Part shown: in pieces, positions 55,215-63,202 of the stretch
Position numbering within the stretch: the first letter of the stretch is position 1
Layout of the letters: every line of letters begins with the position of its first letter
Source: Chloroflexota bacterium
GTDB taxonomy: Bacteria > Chloroflexota > Anaerolineae > CG2-30-64-16
NCBI GenBank assembly: GCA_026389845.1
Contig: JAPLHB010000170.1
Span: forward strand, 41,368-105,367
Length of the DNA: 64,000 nucleotides
Direction of reading: 5' to 3'
Made by a program: the position numbers and the translations under genes
The notes under the pieces: generated by a model
What the model saw: the letters and a program-made list of their open reading frames with translations, nothing else
Told to the model about the DNA's origin: nothing
Databases searched by the model: none

Positions 55215-57515
55215 ATGACTCACCCAACACCCAACACCTGCCCCCACCTGGGCCTGGCTGCCGACCGCACGTTGGCCCGCACGCAGCCCGATACCGCTCA
55301 CCGCTGCTCCGCGCAGACGCCGCCGGGCACGCCCGACGCGGCACACCAGGCCGCGTACTGTCTGGCTGTGGCACACACCGCCTGCCCGTTCTATGTTGAG
55401 GTCGAGGATAAGGCTGAGGTTGAGGCTGAGAGCCAGGCCCGACGGGCGCGGACGTCTACCCGCCGGCGCATGCTGGCCTATCTGCCGTGGATCGCGCTGG
55501 CGCTCCTGCTGATCGTCGTGGCCGTCGTCTATGGCCGCGACCTGCTGCGGCCGCCTGCGGCCCTGCCCCCCGGCTCCAGCACCCTGACGCCCGATCCCAG
55601 CACCTTGACCCCTGTTTCCAGCCTCCTGACCCCTGATCCCGGACTCCTGACCCCTGCCACCCGACTCCCGACCCCTACCTCCCATCCGGCCACCGCGACG
55701 CCGGAGCCGGGCGGTCAAGTGCTCGTGCTCGCGCCCAAGGCGGGCGAGGCTGGCTGGTGGACGAGCGGCGAGGCGCGCGGCAACCACCTGGGGGATTCAT
55801 ACCTCTACGCCGGCTACTTCAGCGGCCAGGCGTTCGTGGCCGCGGCCCGATTCGAATTGGCGCGCGTCCCGCGCGGCGCAGCCATCCGCGAGGCCACGCT
55901 CCGGCTCACCGGCCTGCGGGATGATCGCTTCCGGCCCGAGGCCGGCGGCACGTGGCAGGTGCAATTGCTGGCTGCGGACGCGGTGAAGGAGTTCGCGCGG
56001 ACCGACTTCCAGACGCTCTTCAACGCACCCGCAGCCGTGACCCTCTTTCCGGCCTTCTACCCGGTTGACCTGGATGTCAACCGGATGCAGGAGTTGCGGC
56101 TGGACGCCAGCGGCCGCGCCTGGCTGGCCGAGCAGATCGCGGCAGGCGCGGCAACCGTGATCGTGCGGATCACCGGCCCGGCCGGCGGCGACACCCTCTT
56201 TGCCTGGGACAGCGGCGCCGGTCCGGCTAGTGGCGGCAACGGCCCGCAGATCGCCCTGGTATTGGCGCCGGCCCCGGCCACTCCGCCGCCGCTCCCCACC
56301 GAGCGGGTACTCGTCGCCACCCTCACGCCGACCCCGGCCAACGTGCTGACGGCCGCGGCACGGGTGGTCCCGGCCACCACCGGCACGCCGGTGGGCTACC
56401 GTATCGTGACGCCGACGCCGCCCCCGGCCAACCTGGCGACAGCCCAGGCGCAGGCCGTGGCGCGCGGGCTACCCCCCGTCGTGCCCAGTACGGCCACGCC
56501 CGCCAACGAAGCCACCGCGACCGCGAATGCTGCGTATGCCACCGCGGTCGCCGTCACCACAGGCACCTTTACGCCCGTGCCCACGAACGCGATCACGCCG
56601 GTGATGATCCCCGCCACGCCGGTACCGGAAAACATCGCCACCGCGGCTGCCCAGGCGTTGGCGGCCACGGCCCGCGCCCCCTTGGGCACGCCCACGCCCT
56701 TGCCCTACAACGCGCTGATCGTCACCCTGACCCCGCGGCCGTTCGAGGTGACCGCGACGCCGACCGCGGCGAACGCCGCCACCGCGATCGCCCGCTCCGA
56801 ATATGCTACGGCCGTCGCTGTGGTGGTCGGCACCTTCACGCCCCTGCCGCCGCAAGCGATCGTCGTCCGCGCCACGCCCGTGCCGTTGCTGATCTACCTG
56901 GATGAGTTGTCCCCGACTCCCGCGCCCCCGCCGACGCCGGCTATTCCCGCAACCGTCCCGCGCGAGCTGGTCGGCAAGATCCTCTTCAGCAGCGATCGCC
57001 TTGGCGATCCTCGGCTCTTTGCGTTCGACCCGGCGACGGACCGGCTGGCCCGGGTGACCCAGGGCTGGCCCTTTACCCTCGCCGCGGACGCCGAAGGCCG
57101 CTCGCCGGATGGGATCCAACGGCTGGTGGTGCAAGAGGACGCTCGGCGCACCCCGCAGGTCTACGTCCAGGATGCCCGCTACAGCGGGCTGCGCCAGTTG
57201 ACCACCACCACCGGCTGGTGTTATGATCCGACGTGGTCGCCGCGCGGCGACCGGATCGCCTTCGTCTCGCAGGAACCGGGCAACGACGAGATCTACTTGA
57301 TCAACCCCGATGGCAGCGGGATGCAGCGCCTCACTGTCAATACCTGGGAATGGGACAAACACCCTTCCTGGTCGCCCGACGGCGCACAGATCGTCTTCTG
57401 GTCGAACCGCGAGACCGGCCGCCGCCAGCTCTGGGTGATGAACGCCGACGGCAGCGGTCAACGCCGGCTGCTGGACTCGCCCTACAACGACTGGGATCCC
57501 GTGTGGGTGAAGTAG
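55215..57515 (+). CDS. Membrane-anchored protein: Cys-rich N-terminal motif, transmembrane helix, Pro/Thr/Ala-rich repeats, C-terminal TolB-like PD40 beta-propeller
   Basis: CPHLGL...HRC...CLAVAHTACPFY comes first, then the transmembrane helix LPWIALALLLIVVAVV. The C-terminus has DPTWSPRGDRIAFVS...EIYLINPDGSG...HPSWSPDGAQIVFWS...LWVMNADGSG. Confidence 0.75.
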   Translation: MTHPTPNTCPHLGLAADRTLARTQPDTAHRCSAQTPPGTPDAAHQAAYCLAVAHTACPFYVEVEDKAEVEAESQARRARTSTRRRMLAYLPWIALALLLIVVAVVYGRDLLRPPAALPPGSSTLTPDPSTLTPVSSLLTPDPGLLTPATRLPTPTSHPATATPEPGGQVLVLAPKAGEAGWWTSGEARGNHLGDSYLYAGYFSGQAFVAAARFELARVPRGAAIREATLRLTGLRDDRFRPEAGGTWQVQLLAADAVKEFARTDFQTLFNAPAAVTLFPAFYPVDLDVNRMQELRLDASGRAWLAEQIAAGAATVIVRITGPAGGDTLFAWDSGAGPASGGNGPQIALVLAPAPATPPPLPTERVLVATLTPTPANVLTAAARVVPATTGTPVGYRIVTPTPPPANLATAQAQAVARGLPPVVPSTATPANEATATANAAYATAVAVTTGTFTPVPTNAITPVMIPATPVPENIATAAAQALAATARAPLGTPTPLPYNALIVTLTPRPFEVTATPTAANAATAIARSEYATAVAVVVGTFTPLPPQAIVVRATPVPLLIYLDELSPTPAPPPTPAIPATVPRELVGKILFSSDRLGDPRLFAFDPATDRLARVTQGWPFTLAADAEGRSPDGIQRLVVQEDARRTPQVYVQDARYSGLRQLTTTTGWCYDPTWSPRGDRIAFVSQEPGNDEIYLINPDGSGMQRLTVNTWEWDKHPSWSPDGAQIVFWSNRETGRRQLWVMNADGSGQRRLLDSPYNDWDPVWVK
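55574..55680 (+). repeat. C-rich heptamer-type repeat (CCTGACCCCTG family, complement of the GTCAGGG family), in-frame
   Basis: ccagcaccctgacgcccgatcccagcaccttgacccctgtttccagcctcctgacccctgatcccggactcctgacccctgcc. It encodes SSTLTPDPSTLTPVSSLLTPDPGLLTPA. Confidence 0.85.
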
Positions 57516-57516
57516 A

Positions 57517-57595
57517 CAGGAGAGAGGGGGAGAAAGGGAGAGAGGGAGAAAGGGAGACACCCCCTCACCCCCGCACCCCTGCACCCCCGCCCCCT
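57517..57595 (+). repeat. Intergenic purine-rich arm followed by a C-rich arm
   Basis: caggagagagggggagaaagggagagagggagaaagggagacaccccctcacccccgcacccctgcacccccgccccc. Confidence 0.85.
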
Positions 57596-57610
57596 AAAAC
57601 GGAGCCAATT

Positions 57611-59242
57611 GTGGAACTCAAAGATTACATCGCCCCGTTGCGCAAATGGTGGTGGCTGATCGTCGCCTCCGTCCTCGTCGCAACCGTATCCAGCACCCTG
57701 GCCACGCGCCAGCAGTCGCCGATCTATCAAGCGCGCGCTACGATCATGGTGGGCCGCGCCATCGAAAATCCCAACCCGACGGGCAACGATTTTTATCTGA
57801 CTCAGCAATTGGCCGGTACCTACGCCGACATCGCCAAGCGCGCGCCGGTGCGCGAGGCCACCATGGCCGCATTGGGGCTGACGTGGCTGCCCGAATACAC
57901 TGTGCGCGTCGTCCCCAACACGCAGTTGGTGGAGATCACGGTGGTGGACACGTCACCCCAGCGGGTGCAGGCGGTGGCGGCCGAGTTGGCCAACCAATTG
58001 ATCCGCCAGACCCCGGCCAGTTCCGCGGGCGAGACCCAGCAGCGCCAGGCGTTTGTCAAGAGCCAGCTCGATGATCTGGAGGTCAAGATCAAGGAGACGC
58101 AGGCCGAGATCACCAAGAAGCAGGACGAATTGGGCAACATGTTCAGCGCCCGGCAGATCGCGGATGCGCAGACGCAGGTCGCGGGCCTGCAGACCAAGCT
58201 GACCACCTTACAGGCGAACTATGCGGCGCTGCTCAGCAACACACAGCAAGGCTCGATCAACACCCTCAGCATCATCGAGCCGCCCGCGCTGCCGACGAAG
58301 CCGATCGGCCCCAACAAGCTGGCGACGATCTTGCTGGCCGCGGCCATCGGCCTGGTGTTGGCAGGAGGCGCGGCCTACCTGTTGGAGTACCTGGACGACA
58401 CCCTGAAGAATCCCGACGACGTGCAGAAGGAACTGGGGCTGACCACCCTGGGCGCGGTGCCGCTGATCGAGAACCGCGACGGCGAGCTGGCCGCGCTATC
58501 CGGCGGCCAGTCGGCCGCGGCCGAGTCTTACCGGGTGTTGCGCACCAACCTGCAGTTCGCCTCGGTGGATCGGCCCCTGCGCACCCTGCTCATCACCAGC
58601 CCGGCGCCCACCGAAGGTAAATCCATGACCGCAGCCAACCTGGCCGCCGCGCTGGCGCAGGCCGGCCGCCGCGTCGTCCTGGTGGACACCGATCTGCACC
58701 GCCCCCGGCTGCACCGCATCTTCAAGCTGCGCAACAACGCCGGCATCACGAGCGCCCTGTTAGAAGAACATCCCGCGTTGGATGCGCTCCTCCAGGAAAC
58801 GCAGGTGCCGAATTTGCGTGTCCTCACGTCCGGCCCGCTTCCGCCCAATCCGGCCGAACTGCTCGGCTCGACGCGCATGAAGGAGTTGCTGGCCGAGCTG
58901 ACGGCCCTGGCCGACATCGTCGTGCTCGACAGCCCCCCTACCACCGCCCTCTCCGACGCGGCCATCCTTTCGATCCACTGCGACGGCGTGTTGTTGGTGC
59001 TGGACTCGGGTAAAACGCGGCGCGAGGTAGCCAAGCGGGCGTTGGAGGCGCTCAAGCGCGTCAACGCCCGGGTGGTGGGCGCGCTGCTCAACCGCATGCC
59101 CACGCGCGGGGCCGGCTACTACTATTACTACTATTACACCCACTACTACACGTCGGGCGATGGCCGGGACGGCGATTCGACCGAAGCCCTCGATCACCGG
59201 CGCCGGAGCAAACGCAAGGCAGGTGAGCAGCCGGCGGCATAG
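57611..59242 (+). CDS. Wzz-domain / BY-kinase fusion (Wzc/CpsCD-like polysaccharide co-polymerase tyrosine kinase)
   Basis: The GTG at 57611 lies 6 nt after GGAG. The Wzz-like N-terminus has two transmembrane helices and a coiled coil. It has Walker A SPAPTEGKS, VLVDTDLHRP and a C-terminal tyrosine cluster GAGYYYYYYYTHYYTSG. Confidence 0.85.
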   Translation: MELKDYIAPLRKWWWLIVASVLVATVSSTLATRQQSPIYQARATIMVGRAIENPNPTGNDFYLTQQLAGTYADIAKRAPVREATMAALGLTWLPEYTVRVVPNTQLVEITVVDTSPQRVQAVAAELANQLIRQTPASSAGETQQRQAFVKSQLDDLEVKIKETQAEITKKQDELGNMFSARQIADAQTQVAGLQTKLTTLQANYAALLSNTQQGSINTLSIIEPPALPTKPIGPNKLATILLAAAIGLVLAGGAAYLLEYLDDTLKNPDDVQKELGLTTLGAVPLIENRDGELAALSGGQSAAAESYRVLRTNLQFASVDRPLRTLLITSPAPTEGKSMTAANLAAALAQAGRRVVLVDTDLHRPRLHRIFKLRNNAGITSALLEEHPALDALLQETQVPNLRVLTSGPLPPNPAELLGSTRMKELLAELTALADIVVLDSPPTTALSDAAILSIHCDGVLLVLDSGKTRREVAKRALEALKRVNARVVGALLNRMPTRGAGYYYYYYYTHYYTSGDGRDGDSTEALDHRRRSKRKAGEQPAA

Positions 59243-59251
59243 GGGGACGCG

Positions 59252-60415
59252 TTGCTGCGAGGATTGTCCATCACCGATCCGACCATCCGTTTTCTGCTCC
59301 TCCTGCTGCGCGGCCGGCATGACCCGGCCGCGTTCGCCCTGGCGCGCGCGGCGGCCCCAAGCGACGCCGGAGGATGGGAGGCCGTGCGCCGGGCCATCTA
59401 CGACGAGGGGGTGGCGCCGCTGCTGTATGCGACGGTCGCGGGTCGCAAGCTGCTGCCGCCGGCGCTCGAGGCGGAGCTGGGCGAAGCGTACGAGCTGAAC
59501 ACGGTGCGGAACGTGGGCATCCTGCACGAATTGGATGCCGCGCTCCGCGGCCTGGCCGAGGCCGGCCTGCCGGTCATCCTGCTCAAGGGGGCCGCCCTGG
59601 CCGAGGCGGTCTACGGCAACCCCGCACTGCGCCCTTTGGGCGACTGCGATCTGCTCGTGCGGCCGGCCGAGGCGCCCCGTGCGCTCGCCGCGCTGGCCGG
59701 GCTGGGGTACGCGGCGACCGAGCCTGAGCCGAGGCCTGGCGATGCTCTGCGCTACGAAAGCCAGCTTTCAGTGCGGAAGCCGCCGCCGATTGCGGTGCAG
59801 ATCGAGCTTCACTGGAGTCTGTTCGATGCGCCCTATTACCAGGCCCGCCTGCCGCTGGATTGGTTTTGGGACACCGCCCTACCGCTGCCCGGGACGGCGC
59901 CCGGCAGCATGCTCGGCTGGGAGGCGCAGGCGCTCTACCTGTGCGGCCATCTGATGCTCCACCACCGCGGCCAGGGGTTGATGTGGTGGCAAGATATCGC
60001 CGAGATCTTGTGGCAGCGCGGGGCGCAGCTCGACTGGGAGCTGCTGCTGGCCCAGGGAAGGGCCTGCGACCTGGCGCTGCCGCTCCAACGGGTCTTGCCG
60101 GTCGTGGCGGCCGAGTGGGCGGCGCCGGTTCCCCCAGGCCACCTGGCGCGGCTCGCGCAGCTCCATCCCTCGCCGGCTGAGGCGCGCGTCTTCGGCGAGC
60201 TGACCGCGGCCGAACGCCCCGTGGCGCGCCGCTTTTGGGCTGACCTGGCCGCGATGTCCGGCTGGCGCCGGCGCTGGCGCTATACCTGGGACAACCTCTT
60301 TCCTTCGGCCGGCTACATGCAGCAGCGCTACGCGATTGCCCACCCGCGACTGACGTGGCTCTACTACCCGTATCGTTGGTGGCTGGGGCTGCGCAGCGCC
60401 TGGCGACGGCCATGA
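59252..60415 (+). CDS. Uncharacterised nucleotidyltransferase family protein (NTP_transf_5-like)
   Basis: ILLKGAALAEAVYGNPALRPLGDCDLLVRPAEA...IELHWSLF matches the pattern recalled for PF14907. It uses a TTG start. Confidence 0.65.
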   Translation: MLRGLSITDPTIRFLLLLLRGRHDPAAFALARAAAPSDAGGWEAVRRAIYDEGVAPLLYATVAGRKLLPPALEAELGEAYELNTVRNVGILHELDAALRGLAEAGLPVILLKGAALAEAVYGNPALRPLGDCDLLVRPAEAPRALAALAGLGYAATEPEPRPGDALRYESQLSVRKPPPIAVQIELHWSLFDAPYYQARLPLDWFWDTALPLPGTAPGSMLGWEAQALYLCGHLMLHHRGQGLMWWQDIAEILWQRGAQLDWELLLAQGRACDLALPLQRVLPVVAAEWAAPVPPGHLARLAQLHPSPAEARVFGELTAAERPVARRFWADLAAMSGWRRRWRYTWDNLFPSAGYMQQRYAIAHPRLTWLYYPYRWWLGLRSAWRRP

Positions 60416-60437
60416 CATCCAAAATGCCCAATCCCCT

Positions 60438-60466
60438 TTGACATGGCGACTCATCGGGAGTATACT
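60438..60466 (+). promoter_or_regulatory. Near-consensus sigma-70 promoter in front of the small peptide gene
   Basis: TTGACA (60438-60443), a 17-nt spacer, then TATACT (60461-60466). Confidence 0.65.
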
Positions 60467-60494
60467 GCGTACAGTTTCACACATCGGAGGCATC

Positions 60495-60695
60495 ATGAAT
60501 CCATCCACCCTCCCTCTCCAGGAAGAAAACGCTGTTCCGGTTCCGACCCGCAAGCCGTGGCAGGAACCGGCCATCGTATCCGAACGATCGCTCGAAGTCG
60601 CCGCGCAAGGCGGCCCCCCGCGCAGCCCCTGGGCCGCGCCATCGTACCTGGGGCCACTATCGGGGTCGGGGCAGAAGGTCGGCGGGTGTTTGTAG
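60495..60695 (+). CDS. Small (66-aa) leader-like peptide, candidate RiPP/bacteriocin-type precursor
   Basis: GGAGG lies 4 nt upstream of the ATG at 60495. The peptide is MNPSTLPLQEENAVPVPTRKPWQEPAIVSERSLEVAAQGG|PPRSPWAAPSYLGPLSGSGQKVGGCL. Confidence 0.5.
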   Translation: MNPSTLPLQEENAVPVPTRKPWQEPAIVSERSLEVAAQGGPPRSPWAAPSYLGPLSGSGQKVGGCL

Positions 60696-60824
60696 ACCGC
60701 TCCCACCGCTATCGTTGCCCCGCGCCGCGAGGATGCGCGGGCGGAGACGCTATGGATTGCCGGTCTGAACGGCTCGCGATGGGGTTATGCGCCGGCGAGC
60801 GCGCCGGTGCAGGGGGATAAGATT

Positions 60825-63185
60825 ATGAAACGGTATGTTGTGGTTTTGATCGTGGTTGGCGTGATCGTATCCCTCTTGACTGGTGGAGTCCGCGCCACGT
60901 CGAATCACGCAATCACAATCAATGGATCGAATGATGGCTGGGCTTCCGATGAGTCGTTCTCATGTGAGTCAGCCGACAATGCGTACTTTACCTGGGATGC
61001 TGATTATATCTATTTCGGCATCTCGGATGCAGACGCGGACTACGGTAAACTAGCCACATTCATCTATGTTGACACGGATCCCAAGACCAACCCGAGCGGC
61101 AGCGGCAACGGTACTACAACTGGCTATTCATGGCACGACACTATCGCATTGCCTTTCAACGCCGACTATACGATCGTGTGGAAAAACGAGTCGGGAAACG
61201 ATTACATCGAGGTACAACAATACTCGGGCGGGAGCTGGAACCTGGTGGCTTCTGCGACCTCGGCCGAACTGAATAGTGGCAGTAACTACGTCCAGTTCGC
61301 CATCGGCACCGATTACCGTGAAGTGCGAATCAAACGCTCAACCTTCGGTTCGCCGGATCACATTTACGCCGCTTCATTGACTGAACAGGAGTGGAATTCC
61401 TGGTATAAGTACTTCTTCTGGCCGAGTGATGCGGCGACCGCGGGTACTGGCAACAAGACTCTGTCTCACTATTTCGGTTTCGTTCTAGTGGACGGCATTG
61501 CGCCCAACTTCTCCGGCCACGAGGATACCTACCCCACTGGCACGAATGGCAGCAGCACAGATTTCAATAGCACCACCGCCTGGATTGGGGGTGTTGTACC
61601 ACAGAGCAATACGACCGCCTATGTTCGGAACGGGCATTCCGTAACCCTGAGTGACGATGCGACCGTGAAAAACCTGACAATTCTCTCCGGCGGCACATTC
61701 AACGGTGGAACGGGTACAAAAACCCTCACGATTGCCAGCGGCGGAACACTGCAGAACAACGGCGCCTACACCAAGGATACCGAGGCCGTCTCATTCGCCG
61801 GCGCAGGCACGATCGGCGGGACCATCGCGTTCAATAATCTCACCCTGGCCGGTACTGTCAGCCTGAGCAGCGGCGTCACGGTGAACGGGACGCTTACCAT
61901 CAACGCGAACGGTGCTGTCAGCAGCAATGCCCCCATCTACGGCTCGTCGTCAACCCTCCGCTACAACTCGGGCGGAGGGTACAACGTAGCAACCGAGTGG
62001 GGTGCCGGGACCAGCGGCGCCGGTGTGCCGCAAAATGTGCAGACATCGTCCAGCGGCACGAACGTCAGTCTGACTGGAAGCTCGGCGCGCACCGTGCTCG
62101 GTAACGTCACGATTGACGCCAGCACCACGTTGGCCTTGTCCAGCACGAGCGGCGGCGACCTCAACGTTGGCGGCAACTGGACCAACAACGGCACATTCAC
62201 GCACAACGACCGGACAGTGACGTTCAACGGCAGCGGCACGAGCACCTATGGCGGCAGCAGCACGACCACCTTCTACGACATCATCGTGAACTCCGGCGCG
62301 ACGGTGGACGTGGGCACGAACACCCTGTTCAATGCCAGCAACAGTGTGACCAATAATGGCACGCTGCAGCAAACCAAGACGGTTGGCGCCGGCGCGACGG
62401 TTGACTTCTTGAACGTGAGCACCAACAAGTACTATGGCCTCAGCATCATAGCTCCGACGTTGAGCGCCAACGTCGCCTCGGCCGCCGGTGCGGCTGCGCC
62501 CAGCGCCGGCCTCGGCGACGTCACGGTCAAGGTTCTCGGCGGCGGGGTGTGCGGCAACATGCACGCCAATAGCAAGCCGGTCAAACGCTGCTACACCATC
62601 ACCACGGCCAGCGGCGGCACCGCTACCGCCACGTTTTACTACAGATTCCTGGATCTGCAGGCGAGTCAAAACCCCGCCAATCTCAAGCTCTGGCAGTACC
62701 AGTCGGGCACGACCTGGAGCGAGCCGAGCGGGCTGACCTACGCAAACAGCACGTGTGTCTCGGGCGATAACAACTGCTACGTCCGGGTAACCAACCTGAC
62801 CCTGCCGGCCGGCGAGAGCCGCTTCGCGCTGATGGAGACCAACCCCACCGCGGCCGTGCTCTCCTCCTTCGCGGCCGCGGCCGAGCGGGGCGGGGTCACG
62901 GTGACGTGGGAGACGGCCAGCGAGCTGGGCAACCTGGGCTTCAACCTCTACCGCGCGGCCGCGGTGGACGGCCCGTGGGCCAGGGTCAACCCCGCGGTGA
63001 TCCCCGGCCGCTCCCCCGGCTCGCCGGAGGGGTTCACCTACACCTGGGCCGATCGCCCGCCGGCGCGCGGACTGTACTGGTATCGCCTGGTGGGCGTGGG
63101 CATGAATGGCGTCGAGACGGAGCTGGACACGGTCAGCGTGAGCTATCCCTATGGCTGGCTCTGGTTGCCGCTGCTGGCGCGGTGA
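60825..63185 (+). CDS. Large secreted surface protein with beta-helix-type Gly/Thr/Asn-rich repeats and a C-terminal Ig-like domain plus short hydrophobic tail
   Basis: It has a signal/anchor MKRYVVVLIVVGVIVSLL, with AGGGGGA upstream. The repeats follow the pattern G.T...G.L.N.G. The C-terminus is LSSFAAAAERGGVTVTWETASELGNLGFNLYR...YWYRL...YGWLWLPLLAR. Confidence 0.7.
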   Translation: MKRYVVVLIVVGVIVSLLTGGVRATSNHAITINGSNDGWASDESFSCESADNAYFTWDADYIYFGISDADADYGKLATFIYVDTDPKTNPSGSGNGTTTGYSWHDTIALPFNADYTIVWKNESGNDYIEVQQYSGGSWNLVASATSAELNSGSNYVQFAIGTDYREVRIKRSTFGSPDHIYAASLTEQEWNSWYKYFFWPSDAATAGTGNKTLSHYFGFVLVDGIAPNFSGHEDTYPTGTNGSSTDFNSTTAWIGGVVPQSNTTAYVRNGHSVTLSDDATVKNLTILSGGTFNGGTGTKTLTIASGGTLQNNGAYTKDTEAVSFAGAGTIGGTIAFNNLTLAGTVSLSSGVTVNGTLTINANGAVSSNAPIYGSSSTLRYNSGGGYNVATEWGAGTSGAGVPQNVQTSSSGTNVSLTGSSARTVLGNVTIDASTTLALSSTSGGDLNVGGNWTNNGTFTHNDRTVTFNGSGTSTYGGSSTTTFYDIIVNSGATVDVGTNTLFNASNSVTNNGTLQQTKTVGAGATVDFLNVSTNKYYGLSIIAPTLSANVASAAGAAAPSAGLGDVTVKVLGGGVCGNMHANSKPVKRCYTITTASGGTATATFYYRFLDLQASQNPANLKLWQYQSGTTWSEPSGLTYANSTCVSGDNNCYVRVTNLTLPAGESRFALMETNPTAAVLSSFAAAAERGGVTVTWETASELGNLGFNLYRAAAVDGPWARVNPAVIPGRSPGSPEGFTYTWADRPPARGLYWYRLVGVGMNGVETELDTVSVSYPYGWLWLPLLAR

Positions 63186-63202
63186 AGGCAGAAGGCAGAA
63201 AG

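Noticed and set aside
57233-57610. An N-terminal extension of the Wzc-like ORF (ORF 57233..59242).
   Set aside because: The extension overlaps the 3' end of the TolB-like gene and the intergenic simple repeat, and translates to Arg/Pro-rich nonsense. A GTG with GGAG 6 nt upstream at 57611 starts the recognisable Wzz domain.
59101-59160. A tyrosine-codon run (ggctactactattactactattacacccactactac) as another simple-repeat insertion.
   Set aside because: It encodes the C-terminal tyrosine cluster that is a functional hallmark of BY-kinases, so it is a selected protein feature and not a member of the invasive repeat family.
60444-60454. An 11-nt identity (tggcgactcat) with the 3' end of tRNA-Lys (10270-10280). 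This could mark an attR and delimit a 50-kb island.
   Set aside because: The match is too short to be convincing: roughly 0.03 chance matches of this length are expected in a window of this size. It lies inside the spacer of a good promoter, the match does not extend, and no integrase is present.
60495-60695. A lasso-peptide precursor.
   Set aside because: The leader resembles lasso/RRE-type leaders, but the putative core has no Asp/Glu at positions 7-9 for macrolactam formation. The penultimate leader residue is not Thr, and no lasso cyclase or protease genes are nearby. It is kept only as a generic leader-like peptide.
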